Source of the DNA: a virus
Lineage: Duplodnaviria; Caudoviricetes
DNA length: 60,577 nucleotides
Reading direction: 5' to 3' (one strand)
IMG/VR virus record: IMGVR_UViG_3300020045_000790
Coordinates: 1-60,577 of that record
The number at the start of each line of letters is the position of its first letter. Position 1 is the first letter of the stretch. A program made the translations under genes and the position numbers. The notes under the pieces are model-generated. The model saw only the letters and a list, made by a program, of their open reading frames with translations, was not told the DNA's origin and ran no database searches. Shown here in pieces: positions 9,260 through 19,334 of the stretch.

Positions 9260-9534
9260 GAAACAAGTTAGCAGGGAAGCACCCATCTTATGACAAGTTA
9301 GGTATGTCAGAGGAAAGAAAAAAGAAAAAGTTAGCCTACGATACCAAATATCAGGCTACTGAGAAAAGAAAGAACTACAGAGTAGAACTTAACAAAGCTA
9401 ATCGAAATGCCGGAACTTACGGTAACGGAGATGGCTTAGATATGAGTCATACTAAGTCAGGAAAATTGGTTAAAGAGAAATCAAAAACCAATAGAGGTAG
9501 AAATGGTAGTAACGGAAAAAGCTCTAAGAAATGA
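9256..9534 (+). CDS. basic protein with degenerate HNH-like motif
   Basis: GDGLDMSH...NRGRN resembles truncated phage HNH (GDGKDVxH...SxNR). Confidence 0.45.
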   Translation: MRNKLAGKHPSYDKLGMSEERKKKKLAYDTKYQATEKRKNYRVELNKANRNAGTYGNGDGLDMSHTKSGKLVKEKSKTNRGRNGSNGKSSKK

Positions 9535-9863
9535 TTAAGTGTGTTTGCATAGACAATGACAACAGACCGAGCAGGGTTCCTGAAACTAAATGGTTGGAGA
9601 AAGGTAAAGAATATACCTTAGATTTTACTATGACTGTACACCCTCAAAAAAAATTAGCGTTTCAATTAAAAGAAATTGAACTCGATGATAGTTGCAGTCC
9701 ATACACTTGGTTCCTCGCAAGCAGATTTGCGTTCAGACAGGAAGACCTTCAAAAACTAATTGAGTTTATTAAGGAATGTAACAAAATTACGTTCTCACTA
9801 AATGAACTAATGAAAGTAACCACAGTAGATGAAAGAAAGTCAGATACAATCGAAAAAAATTAA
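9531..9863 (+). CDS. hypothetical protein
   Basis: ORF track; coupled by ATGA overlap. Confidence 0.55.
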   Translation: MIKCVCIDNDNRPSRVPETKWLEKGKEYTLDFTMTVHPQKKLAFQLKEIELDDSCSPYTWFLASRFAFRQEDLQKLIEFIKECNKITFSLNELMKVTTVDERKSDTIEKN

Positions 9864-10071
9864 GGAGCTTGAAGCTCAGGGGTACTACGTTATTAAGTTA
9901 ATCAAGACTAATAAGAATGGTATCCCTGACTTGATAGCAATACCTAAAAACTCAGACGTTCTTTTTATTGAAGTAAAAGGACCGAAAGGCTCTACATCTC
10001 CTCTTCAAGATTGGAGAATGGAAGAGTTAGAAAATCACGGAATAAAAACAGAAATATATAAACCACTCTAA
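9829..10071 (+). CDS. VRR-NUC domain nuclease
   Basis: ESQIQ...GIPDL...FIEVK...SPLQ signature. Confidence 0.85.
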   Translation: MKESQIQSKKIKELEAQGYYVIKLIKTNKNGIPDLIAIPKNSDVLFIEVKGPKGSTSPLQDWRMEELENHGIKTEIYKPL

Positions 10072-10075
10072 TCAA

Positions 10076-10531
10076 ATGGATTCATTAAAAACCATAATAA
10101 ACTTAGTATTTTTTGTAGATATAGAAGATACCACACGTAAAAGAAGAATAGTAGATGCAAGAAGAGCTTACGCTAAAATACTTAAAGATGCAGGATTTTC
10201 TTATCAACACATTGGGGATAGTTTAAATAAAAATCACGCAACAATTATTCACTATGTAAACTCTGTAGATGACCTGCTAAAGTATGACTCAACGTTTGAA
10301 AAAAAGTTTATGTTGGCTAAGAAAAACTTTTTAAAAGAAAACAAACATTTAATATCAAGTTCAAAAGAGGATATTTACACAGTTGCAATCGGCTTAGAAA
10401 ACAGGTTAAGCGAAATTATTTCTAAAAAAGACCAAATTATTTGTAGTTTAAATAATTATGAAAAAGAAAATGGTACAAATGAATGTATAGATTATTGCAA
10501 AGAATTAATGCTATCCTTATTTGATTCTTAA
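10076..10531 (+). CDS. second DnaA domain IV-like HTH protein
   Basis: RKRRIVDARR...SYQHIGDSLNKNHATIIH. Confidence 0.65.
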   Translation: MDSLKTIINLVFFVDIEDTTRKRRIVDARRAYAKILKDAGFSYQHIGDSLNKNHATIIHYVNSVDDLLKYDSTFEKKFMLAKKNFLKENKHLISSSKEDIYTVAIGLENRLSEIISKKDQIICSLNNYEKENGTNECIDYCKELMLSLFDS

Positions 10532-10542
10532 AAATCAAAGTT

Positions 10543-10722
10543 ATGGAAGAAGAACAAAGAGCCGAGAGAATATCTCGAAGAATAGAAGAGTACCACATAG
10601 TACTTACGGACATCTACGAAAAATTAGTTGACCGAGAATTTAAGTCTGTCCAAAAGGACGCTCAGTTCTTAATTATGGAATTACGTTGCGTATTAAAATC
10701 AATAGAAGAAGATGACTTTTGA
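10543..10722 (+). CDS. 59-aa hypothetical protein (not in ORF track)
   Basis: MEEEQRAERISRRIEEYH...IEEDDF; fills the intergenic gap. Confidence 0.55.
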   Translation: MEEEQRAERISRRIEEYHIVLTDIYEKLVDREFKSVQKDAQFLIMELRCVLKSIEEDDF

Positions 10723-11125
10723 AACCGAACAAGATTTAATCAGAGAGAAAAAAGCAATTCAAACATTTGTAAATATGTTTGGTGGCTCATTTAAAAAACT
10801 TGACCCGTATGATATTGACTATAAAATATTTGATAAAGACGGGAATTTAATAGCCTATGCTGAGGTTAAAGGGAGAATCAGAACAATATACAACGCCTAT
10901 CCTCTTCCGGTAGCAGCAAGAAAATTAGTTAAGTTGGTAGATAAAAGATTAGCACCTGTAGTTATATGGGCTTGCGAAGATGGGATTATCTATGGTAAGG
11001 CAGATAAATTAAAAGGAGACATCAGGTGGGGCGGTAGAGCCCCACGAGATAACTCCTTCAATGATACAGAACTTATGGTCTATTATGAGAAACAAAAAGA
11101 ACTAAAGTATGTAAGATATGTTTAA
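10712..11125 (+). CDS. putative PD-(D/E)XK nuclease
   Basis: IDY...YAEVKGR motif; last gene of the + strand block. Confidence 0.55.
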   Translation: MTFETEQDLIREKKAIQTFVNMFGGSFKKLDPYDIDYKIFDKDGNLIAYAEVKGRIRTIYNAYPLPVAARKLVKLVDKRLAPVVIWACEDGIIYGKADKLKGDIRWGGRAPRDNSFNDTELMVYYEKQKELKYVRYV

Positions 11126-14100
11126 TTATTAAAACCTCTTCTGCTACTACTTCTTGTTGTCGTTGTTTTTAATCCATTTGAGTCATATCCTGTAGAAGAC
11201 CCACTTGAACTTGAACTTGAGCCTGAGTTTGAAAATCCTCTTCTACTTCTTGAAGAGGAACTTTTGTAAGTTCCATCAGAATTTTTTCTTCTTTTTTTTG
11301 GGGCATATCCAAACTCTTTGTCTTTAGCTTCTCTTTCTTTATCTCTAAATAATTTTTCAGCTTCTTTTTTAGATTTATTTAGCTCATACCACTCTGACCC
11401 CTCTCCAAAATTTTTCTCCCACAATTCACGATTATATCTTTTTAAGTCAGTTTGATTTTCGTATTTAACCCCTGTTTCTTCATCAATTAAAAGACTTGGC
11501 TTCATTTCTTTAAGCGTCTCTTTTTCATTTTCATAATTCTCGGGATTTTTAATTCTATCCAACATAGACTCGGCAGCTTCTATATCTTGAGGGCTTGTAG
11601 CATTATCAATAATTTCTTGAATAGAATTTATCTTATCTTCTGTCTCTTGTAATTCTTCAGGAGTAGGAGATTTTTTCTTTGCAATCTTCATTGCATTTCT
11701 ACTTACACCTGAAACTTCAGGAGATGCTAATCCTATTAAGTTAGACACCAATACAACAGGGACTAATTTAGTAAGAGCATTTTTATTCTCATCAGATATT
11801 TGTCTTGTTTTTCCGTAATCATCTTTATATGTTCCTGTTGCTGACAAAGATACAAGGTCCCAAATCTCATCTATTCTTTTTGCTGTAATACCAAATGTTC
11901 CTAAGGCATCAACAAAATTTACTTTTCTTGATTCGTAAATGTTTTTTATATCTTTATCTTCAACTCCAAATGCTTTTTGAACACCTTCTATTATCAACGC
12001 AGAATTACTCTGAACTAATCTGTCAAGCACAGGTATTGGAGAAAGCACATCAGTTATTACAGAAGTTACAGCACCTTTCACAAGACCTTCTCTTCTTTTT
12101 TTCTTTTCTTCTTCATCGTCTCCTTTACCCATTAACGAAGCGGTCATACTTGCTATACCAATTCCTATACCTGCTGAAATAGTTCTGAATACAGCCATCT
12201 CAACAGCGTATCCTGCTAATGAACGTGCAGCAATTTTTCTATCTTCGGGTGTAGATATATCCCAATTTGATAAAACTCTCAAATCAGAACCTAATCTTGA
12301 ACCTTGATTCATTCTAAAACTCGCAAAAGGCATAAAGATTTTTACCATTGTTTGAGCGTAAGGATTTTTGTTAGAGAACATTGTTCCTGACATATCTGTA
12401 TCAGAAATATTCTGTTGTCTATCAACCATTCTTTGAGCGTAATCAGCCGCTTCTTTGTTTACTTCGTGAGTAGAATAATCAATTCCTTTGACATCTACAC
12501 CTTGGTCTTTTAATGATTGCTCATAGTAAGACTTCCAAGAAGATACCGCAACCCAAACGTCAGGCTTAACTAAGAACATTTTTAACCATCTTTTGTTTGC
12601 ATCTTCAAGAAGTTTTACAGCCTTAGCTCCTTTGCTCTCAGCCGCCTCATCAATCATTTTATTGATTGAATCAACATCAGCTTGAGATTCAACTCCTCTA
12701 TTTGAAATAGCATATCCTGTTTCATTTAACCAACTCATAAAGTCTTTATTGGACATAGCTGAAAAATCTATACTACCTCCTGTATTTACAAGTGTGTTTA
12801 AAGCCACAGGTATAACCTGTTTGAATGGCTGAGTAGGTCCTGCTAAAGCCTGACCAACACCAAGTGTTGCTATTTTATTTAAAGTTCTCATAGCCTTAGC
12901 AAACTCATCGTTAGAATAAGGATTCTTATTTCTAATGTTCTGAATATACTGCTGTATCCTTCCTACGCTTGATTTTGTTCCTTTTATTAAATCAGCATCT
13001 TCTCCAAATATTTTTCTGAAGTCTGCTGTATTCATAAACGCCTCAATCTGTCTAATTGGTGCAGCTGTATTAATATCTACAAGAGCATCGTACATAGAGT
13101 TTGAATTGTTTTTATCGAAAGATAAATCAATATATGACTCTGCTTCATTACTGTCTGCATTCTTTGGTAACTCATCAGGACGAGTAGCTTCCATTAATAC
13201 CCCTGTTTCTTTTTTGTAAAGATTTCCATTTGTATTTGTTATAAATGCAGAATCAGTGTTAGCTAAATCAACACTTCCTCCGTCATAGCTCATTCTTGTA
13301 AATCTATCAGGAGTATAGTTCAAATCTTTATCTAAGACTTTATTGTAAACATTTAATGCAGTATCGGACAATTCGTCAAACTTGCTATCCCATTCTTTAA
13401 TCCAAAAATCAACAGCTTCTAAGTTAACAGGGTCAACTTTAGATTGAACCTCATCTATATTTGTTGAACCGTCAAGAACCTTGTCGTATGCTTTTTGATA
13501 AACCAAAGCCTTTTTTCTTTCCTGTTCGTTTCCAACAGAAAGAACGTCTATTGATTCTTCAATAAGTTTTTTTCTTCTATCGAACTCAGTTTGCATTTCT
13601 GCCTCTGTTCCTATTACGTTTCTGCTCATAAATGAAGTAATACCTCTTTCAACATTGTTGTATAAAGTATTGAACTTTTGGTTATTAGCTTTTTTATTAT
13701 AGAAATCAGCAACATAATTAGCAACAATGGTATTTGCTTGTCTCTGAGCTTTTGATTTTCCATTAATTAAATCAGTAAGCCCCATAGCATCTTTAACTTT
13801 TCCTGCACGATTAAAACCAACAAACATCTTCTCAAAAAGAATATTTAAGTTAGTGGTTTGTTCTCCTAAGAATCTACCAAATGCTTTGCTTCCAAGTTTT
13901 TTAAGTGGAAGAGCAAATATATTTTGTTTTGCAACTCTCGCTGCATTTTGCTGACCTGTGTACTTAGCAAGTACAGCTTCCATTTTAGCAGTTGATTGGT
14001 TTGTTAAAAAGTTCATCAATGAATCTACCGCAGCCAACGAGTCTTTTACGCCCATATTATCGGTATCCATACTCATAAACTTCTTGATTATTTCTTTCTG

Positions 14101-17100
14101 AGCCTTAGTATATTCAACATCTTCATCTGTAAATATATCTTTTCCGCTACTTATAGATTCTTTAATCATAGCAGAGTAAACATCAAAAGCTCGTTTTATT
14201 GTAGCTCTTACTATTCCCTCATTGTATTTGTTTGTCTTAGCCTCAGGCTCCAATAGAGCTAACATTTCTTCAGCACTAAACTCAGAAGCATCTACTCCCA
14301 TTAGGTCCTGCAATTCAACAATCATCTCTTCACGAATTTTTTGCTCTTGCTCTTTTAATGTTTCTGAAGTATAATCTGTAACCTCTTGTATGTTTGTGGT
14401 CTCAGCAAATCTAACTTTCTGACCTCTAACAGACGAACCTGTTATAGCTTCTTTTAGTTTTGATGCTATTTCATTGTAAGTCTCAATATCTTCTACTAAT
14501 GAAGGGTCGATTTTAGTAAATTGAGAAGCCGCTATTCTAAGGTTAGCATTTTTATCTTTGTTCTTAGATAACTTTTTTAAGCTACTTCTAAATCCTTTTG
14601 CATCTTTTATTTTAGCAGAATAATCTGCGTTCTCAAAAACCTTAGTCATATAGGTAGTAAATCTATCTACAGACTTAGCACTAAATACATTTACTTTACT
14701 AAAAGCACGTATAACATTTGCAGCTTGGTCTGAAGTAATTTTACCTGACGCTTTTAATTCTTTAACATCTTTACTAAGTTGTTGACTTGCTAATTTAAAA
14801 GCTCTAACAGCATCTCTCGCACCTCTCGCTAAATCTTTAATTTGTTTTTTAAGAGCTACTTTTTCAGTCATTGTAATTTTTTTGACATCTTTAATCTTGC
14901 CAAATAATCTTGCAACTGACGGTGCAGCTTTCTCTCTTAAACCAAATCTTTTGCGAATATCACGCACCAAAGCCTCACGCTGTACATCTGTGGCGTTTTC
15001 ATAAACTTTTGAGCCCATAACATAGCTAATAACATTATCTGCTATTTTAGCCTCGTTTACGCCTCTTCTTTTAGATTTCTGCACGATACCTTCAACCTCT
15101 CCCATCATTCTGTCATATCCGGGTAAGTCTTGTTCGTTTATTTCTTGAGAAACGTTTTCCTCTGCTAAGTTTTCAGCGACCTCAGTCTCAGCCTGCGTAT
15201 CTCCCGCAAGACCCTCTGTCCAAGTCCACTCAGGCATAAGCCCTGTCTTTTGGTCAGCAAAAACTGTATCTTCAACTTTGGCAGTTCTGTTGTTCTCTCC
15301 TTCAGGACCGTAGTTAAGCCAAGAGTTTTGACCTCTTGTCTCACTTGTGATAGCACCTTTAGCAGGACCTGTAAACAATCTGATATGAGCCTGCCAAGCA
15401 TTCTCTTCTCCTCTTGCTCTAAATCCTGCACCTTCTAATCCGTGTCCAAAAGCATCGTGTACAGCTCTGAATAAATCGTTAGCAAGAACGGGCATCTTAG
15501 GTCCGTCTAATCCTCCAACGCTCCATTCAAATCCTGTCTCAGCTAAAAGCGGATTATCATTTACATCTAATTCGCTTGTACCGAAACCTTCAACAGTTGG
15601 GAAAACACCCATTTGTTTGTTTTGGCGTAAATCACGCATAGCATTATATGGACTTGCCGCATACTCAACATTACTTGGTATGTCCAAATCCATAAACCAA
15701 AACTTATATCCTGCATCAACTAACGCTTGATATTGAGCAATGGTCTGTTTGATAAGCTCAGCGTATGCTTCTTTTACTTTTGGGTTCTGAGGGTCGTGAG
15801 CCATTTCTTCGTAAGCCTGTGCTATACGCTGAGCTCTTTCCTCATCAACTTCTACATACTCTGATTGTCGCTTGAGGTCGATTCCATTGTCGGCTGCGTA
15901 TTGTTCTGCAACGCTGACAAGTTGCGGGTCCGGTCCTGTTGCCCCTTGTATTGTTGGCGAACCTTCAAGAGGCGTAATTTCCCTGCTATCAGTCCGTCCT
16001 GTTCTGTCTCCGGTGCGTTCGGGTTGTACTGTTGGTTGTTGTCCTGTTTCATTTTGTGTTTTTATTTGAGTTGTTGGTTGTGTCTTTGAAGACACTTGTT
16101 CTTCGATGATAGTTTGCGGTGCAGTCGCAGGAAGTAAACTTTCAACAGCTTTTACTAATTCAGGGTTACTTCCGTCTTCCTTAGCTATTTTATAAGCCTG
16201 TGCTATAGATGACGTATCACTTATGCTATATTGTTCACTTGGCATTAATTGTTCTCCTTCAATATCTAAAACTAAAGGAAGAGTCTCTTCTAATATTTTT
16301 GCATCTATGGAGTCTAATGATTGAACTACAGAATCTACATTTACCTCCGGTTGAGTTTCTGTAACAGGTTTATTTGAATTAATATATTCTTTAACCTGAT
16401 TAACACTTTCGTTAATTACTTCTTTTCCCTTTAAATCAGATTTTGTAACTTCATCTAATATGGCTTTTATACCTTCAGATGTAGATGTATTACCATTAGG
16501 AATAATAAATTCAAAAGTATTTGTAGCAGACCTTCCAAAATTATCTGAAGAAGGAGTTATTATTGTTAGTAATTTATTTCCATCATCTGAAACTGTATCT
16601 TCTGCAATTACTGATTTGTATTCATTCAAATCTTTTTGTTGCTCAACAGGTAAAAACCCTCTTCCGTCTTTAGGGGTAACTATATCTTCTGCATTTATTC
16701 CTTCTGAATATTGCAATCCAAATCCATTTACAGCTCCGTGAACAACAATAGTAGGCTCTTTTACTTCTTCTTGCGTAGCTTGCTCGGTAATGATTTCAGG
16801 TTTTGGTTCGGATATTCCTTCCGCCACCGTTTCGCTAATTCCGGTTTCTGACTGAACAGGAATCGCTGTTGTGCTTTGCTCTTGAATGGCATTTGTCTCG
16901 CTTAATTTAGTTAGTGAATCATTTATTTCTGCAATTCTATTTTTTTGCTTTACAACTAAGGCAGGGTCTTTCTCGTTGATATAGTTTTCTAAATCTCTTT
17001 TTTCTTTTAAAAGATTCATAGCTTCTTTTTTACCTTGAGTGTCAATACCATCAGGTAATTGTCTGAACAATCCAACTGAATTTCTATAATCGTTCAATTG

Positions 17101-19320
17101 GTTTTTTGCATCAGAAGCAGTTAACTCTCCACGAGTTATTTTATCTTTTAAAGTAGCTATATACGCACTCTGCATATTCTCATCATTAGCCATATTGGCA
17201 AATGTATCGAAAGTTGCGTCGTCCATTTTCAAGAATCCTTTTTCTGCAAAAGCAGTACTAACAGCAGTTGGTACACCTAAAACAAATCCACCTATAGCTT
17301 CTTGAGCTCCTGCAACAGCAATATTTTCAATCAAGTCAGCAGCAGACTCAGGAGTATCAAACATCTCTTTCCCTTTTATCTCATTGTAAACAGCTTTAAA
17401 TGCTGTGTCTGATAATTCTTGAGCAGCACCTGTTTCAAACTCAGCAGCACCGGCAGCAGTAATAGTCAAAAGACCTTTTGATAACATACCGTCAACTTCG
17501 TTCTCAACTAACTCTCTAAAAGTTTTAGCTGTTACTCCTCTACCTGATTTTCCTAAGGCGTTTAAGGCTATTCTATTTATAACCCCTTGACTACCTTTTA
17601 TGTTTTTTAATCCTATATTTTCTAATACAGCACCAACTATTCCTATAGGAAGAGTGATAGCAAGTTTTTCGTTTTCTGATATGTCTTTAAAATCAGGGTC
17701 TTGCTCCATTTCTTGAGTTAAACCATCAGAAACTTGAGCATACATTTGTGCTGTTCTTTGGGCTGCACCAACAGGTCCTGCTCCTCCAATCATAGCAGGT
17801 AAAGACTTAGCGACACCTAATATAGCACCTCCCCAAAAATCTTGCTCTTTCAAGTTAGACCATTGTTTAGTGGTGTCAGCATCTCCAAATACTTCTCTGT
17901 TACCTATTCGTATAGCAGGAAGTAAATTTCCTTTTAAGTCTTTTTTGATATAGTCATCAACTTCGTCTTCCCAATTATCTAATTGGTCTTCAGTTAATGT
18001 TTTTTTCCATTGGTCTATTGTTTGGTTTGCATTAGGACCTTTGATTCCAAGTTTTTTTGCTATGCCTACTGAAACATCTTTTAAATCTTTTTCGAGCATT
18101 CCGAATCCCGCAGGTGCTATCTCTGTAGTTAAGTCTATAGTTAAATTGGTAATCCCCGCAGCCATACTACTTGCTCCTTCATTTATAGCATTCCAAATAC
18201 CACCGCCCCAAGTTCCTTGCTTAGATTTTGCTATAGAGTATTTCCCAACAGCAGAATCTAATTTTTTGCTTTTTTGCTTTATATTCTCTTCTTCTTTTAT
18301 AAGAATATCCATTTCAGCTTTAAGAGCTAATCTTTGTTGTTCTAACGCAGATAATGCTTGCTTGTCAGGATTAGCACCTAATGCTTTTAACTCCTTGTCA
18401 AACTGAGACTTTTTAACTAAAAACTGTTTTTGTTTAGCATTTAAGCTGTTTAATTCAGTAGATATTCCTTTTATAGATTCATCTACCTGTTTTTGAGAGT
18501 TAAACTTCTTATCCTGTTCTCTCATAGTTTTCTCAAGCACGAAAAGCCCCTTAGCAGGAGTATTGTCTTTTATAAACTTTTGTAGGATTTCAGATTGAGT
18601 TTTTGACTTGCTGTCTAAAAAATTATCTAAAGATATTTCAGTGGTTTTACCGTTTGAAGCAGTTACTTTTACAAAATCTCCCGTAGCACCTGACTCTTCA
18701 AATTTAAAGCCTAAGTCTCCAAATTGATATTCTAATTCAGGAACAACATATTCTTCCTCTCTATTAATCAAATCAGTATTTATTGCAGACAATCTATCTT
18801 TTAAATATTGATTTCCTTCAACATTTGGTTTTATGTTTAATTGCTTATCAAACATATCTCCATACTTCTTTTTTTCAGAAGAAAGTTGTTTCTTTTCTTT
18901 TTCTATATTTTTAAATATATTTTTTGTCTCTTCTACTTTCTGAGAATCAAATATAGCTTTTCCTGACAAGTCTTTTGGTATGGATTTTTGCTTATCCATA
19001 GCTTGCTTAAATTGAGCTTGAAATTCTTCAGTTTTTGGATTAATAGGTTTTGGCTGCTCCGATGAACCAACTTCCGATGATGATTCCAAAGCGAATTTTT
19101 TTTTTACAGGAGCAGAAGGCTTTTCAGCACTAACACCACCTGAATATTTTTGAAAGAAAGAATTTTTGTCTTTTGTATAAATACCGTCTCTACTTACGAC
19201 ATCGTAAACTTTATTTTTATATGCTTCATCTTGAGACCATTTTACTTTAAATTCATCAAAAGATTTAGTGTACTTTCCTTCTCTGACTAATACGTCATAT
19301 AATTTTTGTAATTCTTCCAT
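11122..19320 (-). CDS. giant (2732 aa) internal virion / ejection protein
   Basis: Last gene of the structural operon, after two smaller helical proteins; Gly/Ala-rich hydrophobic segments; embedded HDxxxH domain. Confidence 0.65.
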   Translation of the reverse strand: MEELQKLYDVLVREGKYTKSFDEFKVKWSQDEAYKNKVYDVVSRDGIYTKDKNSFFQKYSGGVSAEKPSAPVKKKFALESSSEVGSSEQPKPINPKTEEFQAQFKQAMDKQKSIPKDLSGKAIFDSQKVEETKNIFKNIEKEKKQLSSEKKKYGDMFDKQLNIKPNVEGNQYLKDRLSAINTDLINREEEYVVPELEYQFGDLGFKFEESGATGDFVKVTASNGKTTEISLDNFLDSKSKTQSEILQKFIKDNTPAKGLFVLEKTMREQDKKFNSQKQVDESIKGISTELNSLNAKQKQFLVKKSQFDKELKALGANPDKQALSALEQQRLALKAEMDILIKEEENIKQKSKKLDSAVGKYSIAKSKQGTWGGGIWNAINEGASSMAAGITNLTIDLTTEIAPAGFGMLEKDLKDVSVGIAKKLGIKGPNANQTIDQWKKTLTEDQLDNWEDEVDDYIKKDLKGNLLPAIRIGNREVFGDADTTKQWSNLKEQDFWGGAILGVAKSLPAMIGGAGPVGAAQRTAQMYAQVSDGLTQEMEQDPDFKDISENEKLAITLPIGIVGAVLENIGLKNIKGSQGVINRIALNALGKSGRGVTAKTFRELVENEVDGMLSKGLLTITAAGAAEFETGAAQELSDTAFKAVYNEIKGKEMFDTPESAADLIENIAVAGAQEAIGGFVLGVPTAVSTAFAEKGFLKMDDATFDTFANMANDENMQSAYIATLKDKITRGELTASDAKNQLNDYRNSVGLFRQLPDGIDTQGKKEAMNLLKEKRDLENYINEKDPALVVKQKNRIAEINDSLTKLSETNAIQEQSTTAIPVQSETGISETVAEGISEPKPEIITEQATQEEVKEPTIVVHGAVNGFGLQYSEGINAEDIVTPKDGRGFLPVEQQKDLNEYKSVIAEDTVSDDGNKLLTIITPSSDNFGRSATNTFEFIIPNGNTSTSEGIKAILDEVTKSDLKGKEVINESVNQVKEYINSNKPVTETQPEVNVDSVVQSLDSIDAKILEETLPLVLDIEGEQLMPSEQYSISDTSSIAQAYKIAKEDGSNPELVKAVESLLPATAPQTIIEEQVSSKTQPTTQIKTQNETGQQPTVQPERTGDRTGRTDSREITPLEGSPTIQGATGPDPQLVSVAEQYAADNGIDLKRQSEYVEVDEERAQRIAQAYEEMAHDPQNPKVKEAYAELIKQTIAQYQALVDAGYKFWFMDLDIPSNVEYAASPYNAMRDLRQNKQMGVFPTVEGFGTSELDVNDNPLLAETGFEWSVGGLDGPKMPVLANDLFRAVHDAFGHGLEGAGFRARGEENAWQAHIRLFTGPAKGAITSETRGQNSWLNYGPEGENNRTAKVEDTVFADQKTGLMPEWTWTEGLAGDTQAETEVAENLAEENVSQEINEQDLPGYDRMMGEVEGIVQKSKRRGVNEAKIADNVISYVMGSKVYENATDVQREALVRDIRKRFGLREKAAPSVARLFGKIKDVKKITMTEKVALKKQIKDLARGARDAVRAFKLASQQLSKDVKELKASGKITSDQAANVIRAFSKVNVFSAKSVDRFTTYMTKVFENADYSAKIKDAKGFRSSLKKLSKNKDKNANLRIAASQFTKIDPSLVEDIETYNEIASKLKEAITGSSVRGQKVRFAETTNIQEVTDYTSETLKEQEQKIREEMIVELQDLMGVDASEFSAEEMLALLEPEAKTNKYNEGIVRATIKRAFDVYSAMIKESISSGKDIFTDEDVEYTKAQKEIIKKFMSMDTDNMGVKDSLAAVDSLMNFLTNQSTAKMEAVLAKYTGQQNAARVAKQNIFALPLKKLGSKAFGRFLGEQTTNLNILFEKMFVGFNRAGKVKDAMGLTDLINGKSKAQRQANTIVANYVADFYNKKANNQKFNTLYNNVERGITSFMSRNVIGTEAEMQTEFDRRKKLIEESIDVLSVGNEQERKKALVYQKAYDKVLDGSTNIDEVQSKVDPVNLEAVDFWIKEWDSKFDELSDTALNVYNKVLDKDLNYTPDRFTRMSYDGGSVDLANTDSAFITNTNGNLYKKETGVLMEATRPDELPKNADSNEAESYIDLSFDKNNSNSMYDALVDINTAAPIRQIEAFMNTADFRKIFGEDADLIKGTKSSVGRIQQYIQNIRNKNPYSNDEFAKAMRTLNKIATLGVGQALAGPTQPFKQVIPVALNTLVNTGGSIDFSAMSNKDFMSWLNETGYAISNRGVESQADVDSINKMIDEAAESKGAKAVKLLEDANKRWLKMFLVKPDVWVAVSSWKSYYEQSLKDQGVDVKGIDYSTHEVNKEAADYAQRMVDRQQNISDTDMSGTMFSNKNPYAQTMVKIFMPFASFRMNQGSRLGSDLRVLSNWDISTPEDRKIAARSLAGYAVEMAVFRTISAGIGIGIASMTASLMGKGDDEEEKKKRREGLVKGAVTSVITDVLSPIPVLDRLVQSNSALIIEGVQKAFGVEDKDIKNIYESRKVNFVDALGTFGITAKRIDEIWDLVSLSATGTYKDDYGKTRQISDENKNALTKLVPVVLVSNLIGLASPEVSGVSRNAMKIAKKKSPTPEELQETEDKINSIQEIIDNATSPQDIEAAESMLDRIKNPENYENEKETLKEMKPSLLIDEETGVKYENQTDLKRYNRELWEKNFGEGSEWYELNKSKKEAEKLFRDKEREAKDKEFGYAPKKRRKNSDGTYKSSSSRSRRGFSNSGSSSSSSGSSTGYDSNGLKTTTTRSSSRRGFNN

Positions 19321-19334
19321 TTTTTATAAAATTA

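Noticed and set aside
11122-19320. Giant protein as a virion RNA polymerase (N4- or crAss-like)
   Set aside because: No DxDGD/DFDID-type or T7-like polymerase motifs recognised, and host-type promoters are present throughout.
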